Source: Candidatus Latescibacterota bacterium (GTDB taxonomy: Bacteria; Latescibacterota; UBA2968; SICM01). Taken from it: a DNA stretch of 64,000 nt. The stretch spans positions 3,488,001 through 3,552,000 of the forward strand of contig CBDCJO010000002.1 of the NCBI GenBank assembly GCA_965217865.1, in the 5' to 3' direction. Both the position numbers and the translations under genes were made by a program. Positions 19,888-31,300 of this stretch are shown here, in pieces (the stretch's first letter is position 1; every line of letters begins with the position of its first letter). The notes beneath the pieces are model-generated. The model was not told the origin of the DNA and made no database searches. It saw only the letters and a list, made by a program, of their open reading frames with translations.

Positions 19888-21413
19888 CAGCCCGTTGAAG
19901 AACTACCTTTCAACGCACATAAACGGAAAAGACGCCTGGAGTGCGGGTCAGATAAATCAAGGTAAGGAGATTGAGCAGGAGACGCTGATAAGAGGTTAAA
20001 AAGGTGACCGAGGGCAGCAAACGTGATTGTAGGACGAGCAGTAGACGCTGCAAGGCCTTGGCCAGGTCCTGGAGGGCCTTCGGAGTACCTACGCCCATCA
20101 CTTTGCGCATGAGCAGAGCCAGGTTGCAGCCCCCGATGTGGATCAGCAAACGCTTGAGGATATTGCCGCGGTCTCTCAAGTGCAACCTGCGCATGCCACC
20201 GGTATCATATGTGTGAGCGATGGTTCTTTCCACCCGTTCTGCACGACTTCGGCGCAAGGCCTTGCCGCGATCTCCCTTGATCCGGCGTCGATTCGCATAT
20301 ACCGCGGCCTGCTCATCTCGTCGGCCGTTCCACTTGCGGCGTCCCCGATCCGGTTCTGAAATGTAACTCCGGATGCCGCCTTGCTTCAGACTGGTCAATA
20401 CATCGTTGCTATGATATCCTTTGTCCGCAACCACCTCCCGTATACGCTGTCTGTGCAAACGTTTGGCAGCTTTTTCGTCCTTCGCGACCTGCTTGAGATT
20501 GAGCTGCGCCTCGAGCAGCGTCCAGGGCAACGACTCGGTATCTCCTTCATCTGCTCCCGACAACGCCACTGCCACAATGGCATTGGTGTCCAGATCCACC
20601 GCGTGCTCCACCTTGTGCGCCATGTGCGTGCGACCGTCCTTCATCTTAGCGATCTTGGCATCCGGGTCGTGCGGGTGCTCCCAGTCCTGGTTCGATCCCT
20701 TCTTCGGTCGCTTCTTATCGATCTTGGACAAGTCCTCGCGGGTAGGCGTTTCAATGCCCGAGGCCTTGGCCAGATTCTCAAGGAATGCCTGGTAGCCTTC
20801 ACCCGTGTCACGGCGTACAATGCTGCGCATCGCGGCGTTGGCCTCCAGTGTCGTAGCATCCACGCCCAACGTCTTCCCCTTCACCAGACCCGCTTTGCAC
20901 AAGACCCTCAGGATCCACTTGAAAACCGCTTCGTGAACTTCCAAGGGAAGCCGATGCCGGATGCGAGACAGGCTGGAATGATCCGGGGTCTGTTCGTCAA
21001 GGGCATACCCCAAAAACCGGCGCAACGTCAGCGAGTCAGATACACGCCATTCGATCCCACGTTCCGAATCAAGTCCCTCGAAATACCCAATCAAAAGCAT
21101 CCGAAAATAAACCCCGGGCGGAATGCCCTTGCGACCCATATGAGGAGCGTAATACCGCTGGCAAAGCCCCTCGACGAACTCGTCGAAGCCGTTCGCCCCC
21201 AATACCTGATTCAGCTTCTCGTAGAACGGATGACCCGGAGATTTCACCAAAGTGTTCGATGCGATGAACAGGTTTTCCTGTCTCTGTCGTCCTCGTTTTC
21301 CCATTGCCATTTGCTCGTCCTCCCTTCTCAGTTTGAACCTGATATATCATAGGACCAAACCACAAGGAAAGACAACAGTCATCTTGGCATAAACGCACTT
21401 TTTCAACAGGCTG
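19888..21413 (-). mobile_element. IS1182/IS5-like element with CTAG target duplication
   Basis: IRs CAGCCCGTTGAAGAA / CAGCCTGTTGAAAAA, flanked by CTAG at 19884-19887 and 21414-21417. Confidence 0.85.
19910..21310 (-). CDS. DDE transposase (DUF772-type N-terminus)
   Basis: GRKGIPP..YFRMLL, TPDHSSLSR, VDATTLEANA, VADKGY, RAERVER. Confidence 0.9.
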   Translation of the reverse strand: MAMGKRGRQRQENLFIASNTLVKSPGHPFYEKLNQVLGANGFDEFVEGLCQRYYAPHMGRKGIPPGVYFRMLLIGYFEGLDSERGIEWRVSDSLTLRRFLGYALDEQTPDHSSLSRIRHRLPLEVHEAVFKWILRVLCKAGLVKGKTLGVDATTLEANAAMRSIVRRDTGEGYQAFLENLAKASGIETPTREDLSKIDKKRPKKGSNQDWEHPHDPDAKIAKMKDGRTHMAHKVEHAVDLDTNAIVAVALSGADEGDTESLPWTLLEAQLNLKQVAKDEKAAKRLHRQRIREVVADKGYHSNDVLTSLKQGGIRSYISEPDRGRRKWNGRRDEQAAVYANRRRIKGDRGKALRRSRAERVERTIAHTYDTGGMRRLHLRDRGNILKRLLIHIGGCNLALLMRKVMGVGTPKALQDLAKALQRLLLVLQSRLLPSVTFLTSYQRLLLNLLTLIYLTRTPGVFSVYVR

Positions 21414-21728
21414 CTAGAGGAGCGGCTATTCCAATCGTGGGGTGGAAGGCCCTCTGCGGCCATGCTGCGACATGCGGATGGTCGATTGGAGAAGCCGACC
21501 AAGGAACGTTACCGGAGGTTTCTGAGCGAGGCTGTACCCGGCTTGCCGCTGGTGCCCACGGAGGACGAGCGGGAGAATCCCGAGAAGGCGCTTGCGGGAT
21601 ATGAGAGCGCGAACCGATGGTTGCTCGAGCAGACGGGGTGGCCCCTCTAACCGTCATATACTACCAAGGACATTTTTTCGACACTCCATCCTGGACCGGA
21701 TCGTCTCCTGACCTCTTCTCCGACACTT

Positions 21729-21986
21729 TCAGACGGTCTCCGGTAGGGTAGGTATCCCAGCGGCAGAAAGGCTCTCCATCTCACGAATGAGCGCAGCTGC
21801 TTCCCGCCGCTCGGTGATCGCCGCGGCGGTGAAAAGACCGTGTTTGAAGGCGTTCGTGTTACCGGCCGGTGCGCCGGGCGATGCTCCTCCGTGCATCCGG
21901 CAACGGCCGTTCGTCATCGCGGGTGACCGGCACGGCATCCCGCTTCTCGTCCAGGCGCCGCAACGCGGGCTCCGGTGCATGGGCAA
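21729..21986 (-). CDS. HGGxSTG-domain protein (phage/MGE-associated)
   Basis: RCGAWTRSG.PC..PAM.NGRCRMHGG.SPGAP.GN.NA.KHG; preceded (about 22020-22135) by a QKVTVEHV.V..GGQA.VG fragment of the usual partner gene. Confidence 0.75.
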   Translation of the reverse strand: MPMHRSPRCGAWTRSGMPCRSPAMTNGRCRMHGGASPGAPAGNTNAFKHGLFTAAAITERREAAALIREMESLSAAGIPTLPETV

Positions 21987-22172
21987 GTGCTATGCAGGGG
22001 GTTGTTCCTCCGATTTAGTGCGATCCCTCCTCTGTGTTTCGACCATGCCGACCACTGCCTGCCCACCCGCGTGGACGTACACATGCTCGACCGTCACCTT
22101 CTGCTGCCCCTTGCCGCGATGCTTGTCGAGGGCCCCCTGAATCTAGACTCAACTCTCGGAGGACTCTCAACC

Positions 22173-23396
22173 GTGACTGAAAATGTCAACGTAGCGACGT
22201 TTGACTCAGACTCCCCAACATCGGGCATTCAGGAAGCAATCGATGCTCTTGGTGATGGTGGCGGGTGCGTCAGAATACCTGCTGGCGAATGGAGATTGCG
22301 GGGTTCGGTCGTGCTGCCGTCCCGAGTATGCCTGTTTGGCGATGGCCCAGCAACGGAGCTTACCGCTTCAAGGCCGGAAGTGGTGCGCCTAACCCGTGAC
22401 GCGCGAAAGGGCTCCCGCAGTGTGTGTGTCCGAGGACGTGTACCGTTTCTCCCCGGCGATTCGGTCGGGTTGGTGGACAACGCACACCAGTGGTGGGATG
22501 GGACACACGCATGTGTCGCCTCGGTAGAGGGCGGCATCGTCCGCTTAACTGAACCGATTCGGCTTGGGTTGAAAGTGGCCCTGGAGGCGCGTATCTGTAG
22601 TCTCTTCCCTGGGGTGACCACTGAAGGCACCGGCCCTCCGGGGGACACCGGAACAAGGAAGGGCACGCAGGATTCCGAGTTACGGGATCTCACGCTGCTT
22701 GGGACAGTGGATCAGAAAGAACCCGCTTGGGATTTCACATACAGCGCCGTTCACCTCGTCGCGTGCGAAAGCATCCGAGTGCTAAATTTGACGGTGAGGG
22801 ACTGGCCAAGCGATGCCATCGGCGTGCAAGGAGGGTGGGATGTGCATGTTCACAACTGTCGATCTCGGTTCTGCCGAGGAAACGGTTTCCATCCCGGGAC
22901 TCACCTAGGACGAACCGTCTGGTCCAATAACATCGCCATTGGCAATGGGATGGACGGCTTGTTCATCTGCAGCCTTGTGCATGACTCTGTCTTCACTAGC
23001 AACGTGTTCACCGGCAACAGTCAAAATGGTATCGGTGGTGTGGGGCATCACGATGACCACCACAACGTCATCAGCAACAATGTCTGCTCTGAGAACGGAC
23101 GGTCAGGAATCAATGCGCACGATGGCTCAGAGCACACCATCACCGGAAACATACTACGCAGCAATTCCTGGGATTCCCCAGGTACGTATCCAGCCATCCG
23201 TCTCCACAGCGCTACTCGATTTCTCGTACAGGGCAATCGCTGCGCGGATGATCAGCAGAAGCCCACTCAGAAGCGTGGCATCGTCGAAACCGGCGACAGC
23301 GACTGGAACCTTGTGACCGGAAACGTCTGTGTTGGGATGCCCCAACCAGTTTCTTTGGTGGGTAGCAACTCGCTTGCTGAGGGGAACCTAGTTTGA
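22173..23396 (+). CDS. right-handed parallel beta-helix (pectate lyase 3-like) protein
   Basis: IQEAIDAL...GG.V.IP.G.W; repeated N..GN..DG / NN.C..NG coils; GTG at 22173 with SD GGAGG. Confidence 0.85.
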   Translation: MTENVNVATFDSDSPTSGIQEAIDALGDGGGCVRIPAGEWRLRGSVVLPSRVCLFGDGPATELTASRPEVVRLTRDARKGSRSVCVRGRVPFLPGDSVGLVDNAHQWWDGTHACVASVEGGIVRLTEPIRLGLKVALEARICSLFPGVTTEGTGPPGDTGTRKGTQDSELRDLTLLGTVDQKEPAWDFTYSAVHLVACESIRVLNLTVRDWPSDAIGVQGGWDVHVHNCRSRFCRGNGFHPGTHLGRTVWSNNIAIGNGMDGLFICSLVHDSVFTSNVFTGNSQNGIGGVGHHDDHHNVISNNVCSENGRSGINAHDGSEHTITGNILRSNSWDSPGTYPAIRLHSATRFLVQGNRCADDQQKPTQKRGIVETGDSDWNLVTGNVCVGMPQPVSLVGSNSLAEGNLV

Positions 23397-23868
23397 TGGC
23401 AAGAACGAGTCAGGAGGCAACCGTTAACCCGGAGGACAGAAGCCTGCATTTCCCAGGCGGGTATTTCGTCCGCTGGCAGATCGAGTCGCTGGGCACGGCC
23501 CGCTAACACGCAATTCATAGGAGAGGCTTATCGAAGCGCAACGACCGGATCAGTTTATCAGGGCAGTAGTCTTCGACTTTGGTGGTGTCATATCGAAGCC
23601 GCAGAACCAGGCCCGCGCTCAGTGGCTTAGGCAGGCCTGTGGAATATCTGATAGTAAGTTTGAGGAGTTATACTTCCTATACAGGGAGGACTACGACGGG
23701 ACAACGCTCGCTTCTGGATCGCATGATGAAACGGTCAAGCTGTGGGACGTTGCGGCGCGAACAAATATCGCTACCCTCGAGGGGCATAAGTCTTGGGTCC
23801 GTTCTGTTGCGTTTTCACCTGACGGAACAACCCTTGCTTCCGTCGGGTCAAGCTACGGTCCAGGGTCA

Positions 23869-25593
23869 TTGGATAACACGGTCAAGTTGTGGGACGTGGC
23901 GACGGGACGAAATATCGCGACTTATAGGCATATAGATAAGCATTCTGGTCAGGTGCAATCTGTCTATTCTGTGTCGTTTTCACCCGATGGCACGACCCTC
24001 GCCTCGGGGTCACAGGACAGCACGGTCATTTTGTGGGATGTGTCTGGGCGGCTACGACCCCGTCCTCAAACGCCTGTGAAAATCTCAGGCGATAACCAGC
24101 AGGGCACGCCCGGTGCGACGTTGGCGAACACCCTGATCGTCGAGGTGCGAGATCAGTACGATCATCCCTTACCGGATGCGCAAGTCACGTTTACGGTCAC
24201 CGCGGGCGAGGGGAGGCTCAGCGGGAGATTCACTGTCGAGCACGCAACGACCGGTGCCAACGGCAGAGCAGAGAACACTCCGACACTTGGGAGCAATCCG
24301 GGGCCGAACATCGTTGAGGTATCTGTCGCTGGACTTGAGCCTGTGACCTTCAACGCTGTGGGAGTTGGAACGTCCACATCAATCATGGGTGGTGATTATC
24401 GGACATGGCATTTACCCGATGGCGCAATCGTCCGCCTGGGAAAAGGAGCCATTGGTGCGGTGGCATTTTCTCCCGATGGTCAACGCCTCGCCGTGGCAAG
24501 TGGTATCGGTGTCTGGCTTTACGATGTGGCGACCTCTCGTGAACTCGCGCTATTCACCGGGCATACGGGCAAGGTTGGGACCGTGGCGTTCTCTCCCAAT
24601 GGCACGATGCTGGCTTCCGGTTCTCATGGTGATGTCAACCTATGGGACGTAGCGACGCGAACAAATATCGCCACCCTCGAGGGGCATAAGTCTTCGGTCC
24701 TTTCTGTTGCATTTTCACCCGATGGCACGACCCTCGCCTCGGGATCACTGTATGGCACGGTTAAACTGTGGGATGTGGCGACGCGAACAAATATCGCCAC
24801 CCTCGAGGGGCATAAGTCTTCGGTCCTTTCTGTTGCATTTTCACCCGATGGCACGACCCTCGCCTCAGGATCACGGGATAGAACGGTCAAGCTGTGGGAT
24901 GTGGCGACGCGAACAAATATCGCCACCCTCGAGGGGCATAAGTCTTCGGTCCTTTCTGTTGCATTTTCACCCGATGGCACGACCCTCGCCTCGGGGGCAG
25001 GGTCTTGGGATGGGAATGGCACGATCATTTTGTGGGATGTGGCGACAAGAGAAAATATCGCCACTTTTCGGCATACGAGTGAGGTCTCCTCTGTTGCGTT
25101 TTCACCCGATGGGACGACACTCGCTTCAGGGTCAGGGAGTAAGATCTACCTTTGGGATGTAAAGGCGGGAATAAATCTTGCCACCATTGAGGGGCATATA
25201 AATCGGGTCAATCACCTACAGATAAACGGAAAAGTTCTTGTGACCGTACGTCGCTTTGATCCCACTGAGTTCATAGACGATCGTAGAAATGTCCCTTGGT
25301 CAGATCCAATGCGGCATCCAACCACCGGTGGCGTGGTGACACGGAAGATTGAAAGGCGACTTATAAAAGAGGAAAAACTGATAAGGGGGGCAATGATTTA
25401 TAAAACCATAGACACAGCTGGCAGAGAAACCATTGAGGAATTCCCTTTTGAGGCTCCTGCGATGCTCAAAGGTGATTACATCTCCCTTTTCGTGGAGGCA
25501 GGTCTCTCGCCGAACGTTTTTGTGGACTATGAGGAGAAAGAAGATGATGGAATGAGTGGCATTCTATGTTTCGTCTGTGATGTGACCGAGTGA
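23869..25593 (+). pseudogene. WD40-repeat protein with Big_1 Ig-like domain; 5'-broken and fused at about 25217 to an unrelated methyltransferase-like C-terminus
   Basis: GH...V.SVAFSPDG.TLASGS.D.TVKLWDV repeats; KISGDNQQG...VEVRDQ Big domain; out-of-frame WD40 repeat upstream (about 23695-23870). Confidence 0.75.
24640..24995 (+). repeat. three near-identical 126-bp tandem WD40-coding repeats
   Basis: units start at 24640, 24766 and 24892; nearly identical DNA apart from the loop after LASG. Confidence 0.9.
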
Positions 25594-25620
25594 TCTGAGC
25601 CGGCGCATAATATCACGCTC

Positions 25621-25985
25621 GTGTGCCTTGAAATCATCATCTGCTAACCGGTGTAAGTCCGCGTAGGTGAAGGCCACGGAAGAGGCGAAGACTCTGGAGA
25701 TGCAGCCTCGAAGGACTCCCCGGCGTCGGGTGAACGGAATGTGGTACGGTAGATGATGGAACAAGGGAGGTCTCAGTCGGAGGCCACATCCACGATAACC
25801 TCTGGATAAGCGACGAGACGTGAAGTCTGGAGGGATGCTGTATAAGAAGTCGGATGAGGTAATAGTACCGGTAATGGTGTGGCAACAGAACCCCACCGGA
25901 GGGAAGAGCCTCTACTTCAGCCGTGCCCAGCGGGGGAAGGTAAGTACGGTGCATGACCCGACAGGATTGTGCTAATCCCGACCAA
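25621..25985 (+). mobile_element. group II intron 5' remnant (domains I-III; RT ORF and domains V/VI lost)
   Basis: starts GTGTG (GUGYG); contains AAGTCGGATGAGGTAATAGTACCG...GGAGGGAAGAGCCTC typical of domains II/III; breaks just after an ATG at about 25953. Confidence 0.7.
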
Positions 25986-26236
25986 TATAAACAAGGAGTT
26001 ACAGCAGCTAGACTGTAGCCCCTTTTAACTTGGGTTGCAAAAGGGTTGCAAATCCCCAGCCGTAGATATTGATTATGTGATGCTTCTGCAATTAATAAGG
26101 GTATTCAGGCACATTGTTTATTCGAATAGTGAAAAGCTTATAAAGGAGTTAACAAACAAAGAGCTCATAAATCTAGAATGGGAAGACATTCACTATAACT
26201 CACACCAAATGTTTAAATCCTGTCACTGAGGTTCAA

Positions 26237-26803
26237 ATGACAAAACGCAAGGCACTCATTTCTGGTATCACGGGACAGGATGGTTCTTACTTGGCGGAAT
26301 TCCTCCTAGAAAAAGACTATGAAGTCCACGGCGTTGTACGTCGAGTGGCCTTGGAGGATCCAGAACACCGTCTGGGACGTATCCTCCATATTCAGGACCA
26401 GATCGACCTCCATGCTGCATCACTGGAAAGCTATCCAAGTATGTACAACGTGATTAAAAACGTCCGCCCCCACGAATGTTATCACTTGGCCGCACAGAGC
26501 TTTGTTAGTTACTTATTTGAGGATGCATTTTCAACTCTCAATACCAATATCAATGGCACGCATTACGTTCTGGAGTCTCTACATGATCTCAAACCCGACT
26601 GTCGGGTATACTTTGCTGCATCAAGCGAAATGTTCGGCAGGACTGAGGAAGTTCCGCAGACCGAAAAAACCAGGTTTCATCCTAGGTCGGCTTATGGCAT
26701 CTCCAAAGTAGCGGGTTACGATCTAACGCGAAATTACCGGGAAGCCTATAACCTACACGCCTCCAGCGGTATTCTCTTTAACCACGAATCTCCACCTGAT
26801 TGA
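26237..26803 (+). pseudogene. gmd: GDP-mannose 4,6-dehydratase, 3'-truncated
   Basis: ALISGITGQDGSYLAE, LAAQSFV, SSEMFG, PRSAYGISK, GILFNHESP, then stops at about half length. Confidence 0.9.
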
Positions 26804-26993
26804 GGAACGGGTCGGCGACGACTACATCGTTCTCACCCACCGGCCAAAGTATGCCTCTGAAGCTGCGTGGAAGAATGAAGCCGAGCGCCCCGGATTCATC
26901 CAGGCCAACAAACTGTGCTTTCTGCGTGCCTACCAGCTCAGAGCGATTCATGCGTTGCAGCGGGCGGTACAGGATGGAGGCGATCGCTTCTTA
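26802..26993 (+). pseudogene. type I restriction subunit HsdR, internal fragment
   Basis: frame reads ...LRAYQLRAIHALQRAVQDGGDRFL, the Q-motif region just before a DEAD-helicase Walker A. Confidence 0.5.
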
Positions 26994-27048
26994 CAACGAT
27001 ACGTGGCTGACCGATGGCCCTTGTTCGCAACGGAGAAAAGAGAACGGT

Positions 27049-27807
27049 ATGAGCGCCACAGATGAGGAATATCTGCAGATCGTGCTGGATGCGATCAGAG
27101 TCTGTGCGCTTTACAAACCGAAATTCGGGCAGGGACCGAAAGGCGAAGGGCTGACGCTTGAGCAGTTCCGGGAGTTGTATCAGGGAGATGCATTCTACAG
27201 TTGGTTCGGGCTGGAAAACCCGATGATGTACGCCGCCCACAAGGCGGCAGGTGGCATGACAAGCGTATATCGGCAGATCGGAATTGGTTGCGAAAAGCTG
27301 TTTCGAAGGGTCTTAAAGGACTCACTGGAATTGTCCGAGGAAGACGTGACTTGGTCGTATCAGGTGACGTTGCCGAGTGGACGGAAGCGAACGCTCTATC
27401 TGGATGGGCGGGTTTCCCTTGAGAAAATTCGCGACAAAGACAAACGGAACCGTTTCCATGGATGGATGAGCGAGTCTGCGAAGATGCTAGATGTGGACAC
27501 GAAGGTATTCGAGAGCTTGACTGGCACAATCTTCGAGGTCCGGCAGGGCTACAAGAGCAAGGATTCAAAGCGCCAGAATGCGGATATCGCCAACGCTGCG
27601 ACGGCGTACACGAAAGGCTATTTTCCGTGCGCTGCGATCTTGTCTGGACAGATCGATGGCGACGTTCTCATGCGTTACCGTGCTGAAAAATGGTCGGTTG
27701 TAACCGGTATCATCGGAACCACGAACCCCTTGATTTCGACCTACTTATCACTTTCTAAAACCCTATTTTTAAATCTTATATCCGATCATCGAAAAATTAG
27801 ACCATGA
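27049..27807 (+). CDS. putative type II restriction endonuclease (PD-(D/E)xK), C-terminus probably clipped
   Basis: AHKAAGGMTSVYRQIG, LDGR...FEVRQGYKSKDSKRQNAD motifs; last residues derive from an AT-rich junction. Confidence 0.55.
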   Translation: MSATDEEYLQIVLDAIRVCALYKPKFGQGPKGEGLTLEQFRELYQGDAFYSWFGLENPMMYAAHKAAGGMTSVYRQIGIGCEKLFRRVLKDSLELSEEDVTWSYQVTLPSGRKRTLYLDGRVSLEKIRDKDKRNRFHGWMSESAKMLDVDTKVFESLTGTIFEVRQGYKSKDSKRQNADIANAATAYTKGYFPCAAILSGQIDGDVLMRYRAEKWSVVTGIIGTTNPLISTYLSLSKTLFLNLISDHRKIRP

Positions 27808-27952
27808 TCCAGGATGCTGAGAAACCAATCGCCACCTTGGCCCTTCATGCTTCAATCTTTTTGTTTGCTTCAAACCTTTTTGATCGTATTATCATCTGAC
27901 ACAAGCATTGGCAGTTGGCCCCGTGGTATGACATTTAACAGGAGGCCGAAAG

Positions 27953-28228
27953 ATGAAACTCTCAATCAAGTCCCTCGCCATAACGGCCGGGATCATCTGG
28001 GGGGGGTCGATCCTCCTCTTGGGGATCGCGAATGTTATCTGGCCGTCTTATGCCCTCGGTTTTCTTCAAATCGTGGACTCGATCTATCCCGGATACCACG
28101 CCGGAACCGGTGGTAGAAGTGTGATCGCGGGAACGCTCTACGGCCTGATCGACGGCGCCATCGGCGGTCTGATTTTTGCTTGGGTCTACAATCGGTTTGC
28201 ATGCGAAGGGAAGCCGAAAACCACCTGA
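27953..28228 (+). CDS. small two-TM membrane protein
   Basis: SD AGGAGG; two hydrophobic helices; IYPGY and G..FAW.YN motifs. Confidence 0.75.
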   Translation: MKLSIKSLAITAGIIWGGSILLLGIANVIWPSYALGFLQIVDSIYPGYHAGTGGRSVIAGTLYGLIDGAIGGLIFAWVYNRFACEGKPKTT

Positions 28229-28335
28229 TAGAGAATGACAACGACCTCCCCTAGAAGGAGGTGGATTGCTTGGGGGAGTCCCCTGCGGCGGACTTTGTAC
28301 GCGTAGCGCAGGAATTCATTCCCGCGCGATGTCTT

Positions 28336-31300
28336 TCAATTGGGCTTTCCGATAAGCCGTTCGAAAATCCCCCGCGTCCTGGCCATCTCCTCCCGAACCG
28401 CTGCCAAGAACGACTCCGGTTCCTTAAAATTCACTGCCCTGGCAAGCGCGGTCAACGCCAGCTGATTCGAAGGCAGCCGGGTTCGCGCCCGTTCGTCCTG
28501 ACGGCGCATAACTTTTTCCACGCTTCGTAAAAACGAAAAACCGCCCTTCAAGTGGGCGGCGTCCTCGTCCGTCAGAAAACCTTCCTTTGTCAGCCGGTTT
28601 AAGCTCTCCAGGGTATTGACGCTCCGAACCCCTGGCGATCTTCGGCCATGCCGGATCTGCATGATCTGTGCGATAAATTCGATGTCTAAGATGCCACCTG
28701 GGCTGGTCTTGATACTCAGCGACTCCGATCTGCTTTTTCCGCCCTTGGCCTGAATACGCCGTCGGATATCCACAAGCTCATCGATTTCGGATTCCGAAAG
28801 GCCTTCCCCCAGCACGAATTCCTCAAACCGGCCCATCATCCGCTTCCCAAATCCTGCATCCCCTGCCACTACCCGGCTCCTCGAAAGGGCCAGGCGCTCC
28901 CAGGTCGAAGCCCGCTTTTCCAGATAACGATCATACGCCTCGTAAGACAACGCCAACAGAGCGCTACCCCCCTCGGGACGCAGGCGGGAGTCCACGGGGT
29001 ATAGTTTTCCATAAACCGTCCCCTGTTCCAGCATCGTGATGATCTGCTGAGCAAGATCCACGAAAAACTGAAGGTTTCCCTGAGCCTGGGGCCCGTCGGT
29101 CTCCCCGTCGCTCGAATACACAAACACGATGTCCAGGTCCGATCCGAAATTGAGTTCCCTTCCCCCCATCTTTCCCAGTCCCAGCACCACAAATTCCGCA
29201 GGCGATCCATCGGCCTTGCGAGGGGTCCCCCACCTTGCGGAAAGTCCCTCGAAGGCAACCTGGTAGACCTTTTTTAACAGCGTATCCGCCAGATGCGTCA
29301 AAGCCTCGAACGTCTCGAATGTCCCGGTTAATCCCAAAAGGTCCCGGGTACCGATCCGCAACAATTCCCGGCTTTTAAACCCGTTTAAGGCGGCCATCCG
29401 TGCATCATCCGTGTCCGCCCTGTTCATCCGGACATCAAGCTCGGTTTCAAAGTCTGCGGCAGACGACTCCCGGAGCAGCACATTCGACCGGGTCAGCCAG
29501 TCCAAAAGACTCGGGTTGCGCACAACGAGATTAACCAGATATTGACTGCCGGCGCACACCTTGAGCATCAAGTCTCGCAAACCCCAATCCGATGACAGGA
29601 TTCGAAAAAGGGTGTCACCAGCCCCATAAGCAGAAACCAGCCGCTCAAGATTGCTCAACCCCTGGTCCGGATCAGCCGAAGCCTCGAGCGTCTCCATCAA
29701 CGCGGGGGCAAGTGCCATAAAACTCTCGCGGGCACGGGTTCCTCTGATCCGGGGAACGTTCCCGAAGGCCAAAAACACCAGATTTCGGTGAGCCGCTTCA
29801 GGTTGGGCGAATCCAAGTTTCTGAAGTAACGCAACCGCCTCGGGATCGCCCACTTCCATTTCGCACAATGCCCCCACAGACCGCCCTTCGCCTTCCGGAG
29901 CCGCAGAAAAAATCTCCAGGTAGATCCCCTGGACCCCTTCGAGGTGACCTTCCAACGCCGCCCGGTAAGCCTCCTTCGACGAAAAACCCAGGTTTCGGGC
30001 GATCATCGCCTGATCCGCTTCTGTTTCGGGCAGGTTATAGTCGCTCAGCCCGTGCATCATCTGCATCCGGTGTTCCAATCGCCTGAAAAACAGATAGGCC
30101 TCCTCCAGGACCTCCCTTTCCCCTGGAGACAGGGCAAAAACCCGTTTTAGCTCCGATAACGCCTGGAGGGTATTCCCGGAGCGCGCATCAATGTGTATCC
30201 GCCCGACCATCAGTTGCAGGCACTGCACGATAAATTCAATGTCCCGGATCCCCCCGGATCGGAGTTTGAGATGAGTCTCTCCCTTTCCCTTCCGCCCGAT
30301 CCGTTCTTCGATCCTGCCTTTGGTGCGATGGATCTCCCTCACCGGGCTCACCTCGAAGTGTCTGGGATACACGAACGGCTGGACCGCCGCCAGGAACCGT
30401 TTACCAAGATCTTCCGATCCCGCACAGGGTCTGGCTTTGATCAGCATCTGCCGCTCCCACAGTTCTCCCCGGCGAACATAATAACCCTCATAGCCCGCGA
30501 GCGGCATGGTCAAGGCCCCTGATGACCCATCGGGACGCAGACGCAAGTCCACGCGGTACAGAAAACCCTCTTCCGTAACTTCGGTTGCAGCCTCGACCAC
30601 CCGCTCAGCCAGGCGTGAAAAATACGCCTGGTTGGTCAGCGGCCGGTGGTGGGATTCCCCCCCGTCGGTCTCGCCCTCCTCGGAATACAGAAACATCAAA
30701 TCAACATCGGAACTGAAATTGAGTTCCATCCCGCCCAGTTTGCCCAGCCCCATAATCACAAACTCCGCCCGACTGCCCTCCGTGTTCCGGGGAGTTCCAT
30801 AGCGGGCGTCGAGTTCCGGGGTCAGCAGATCCAGGAGCTTTTGCAGGCATACGTCGGCCAGGGTGGAGAGTTCCGCGGTCACGTCCTGGATCGGACGGTT
30901 ATCCATCAGGTCGCTTGCGCCGATCCGTAACAGCTCCCGGCGCGCGGCGCGACGTACCCCATTCAGCCGGTGGTCCAGGCCTTCAAACGCACCCACGGCT
31001 CTTTCGAAGGTCTTGATCAATTCCGCCTTTGTGCTGGGTTTTGAAAGCCGGTCGGGCGTTTCGGTCAGCCAGTAAAAATACTGCGGATCTCGTACGAGTA
31101 CGTCCGCCACAAATTGGCTGCTGCCCAACAGGCGGACAAGGATCCGGCACGTCTCGGGCCGGTCTTCAAGCTCGTGGAAAAATCCTGATGGGCTGAATAC
31201 GGATCGGGTCAAACGCTCAAAATTGTTCAGGGCCATATCAGGGTCAGGCGTCTCTACCAGTTCTCGGAACAGGACCGAAGGCAGGGTCCCGGTGGTTTCA

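Noticed and set aside
21975-22172. Extended N-terminus of the beta-helix protein
   Set aside because: Overlaps minus-strand phage-like gene remnants; SD-supported GTG at 22173
24640-25985. Diversity-generating retroelement or retron (repeats next to a retroelement-like RNA)
   Set aside because: Repeats are in-frame WD40 units without adenine-specific differences; no reverse transcriptase ORF in the window; the RNA fits a group II intron 5' end
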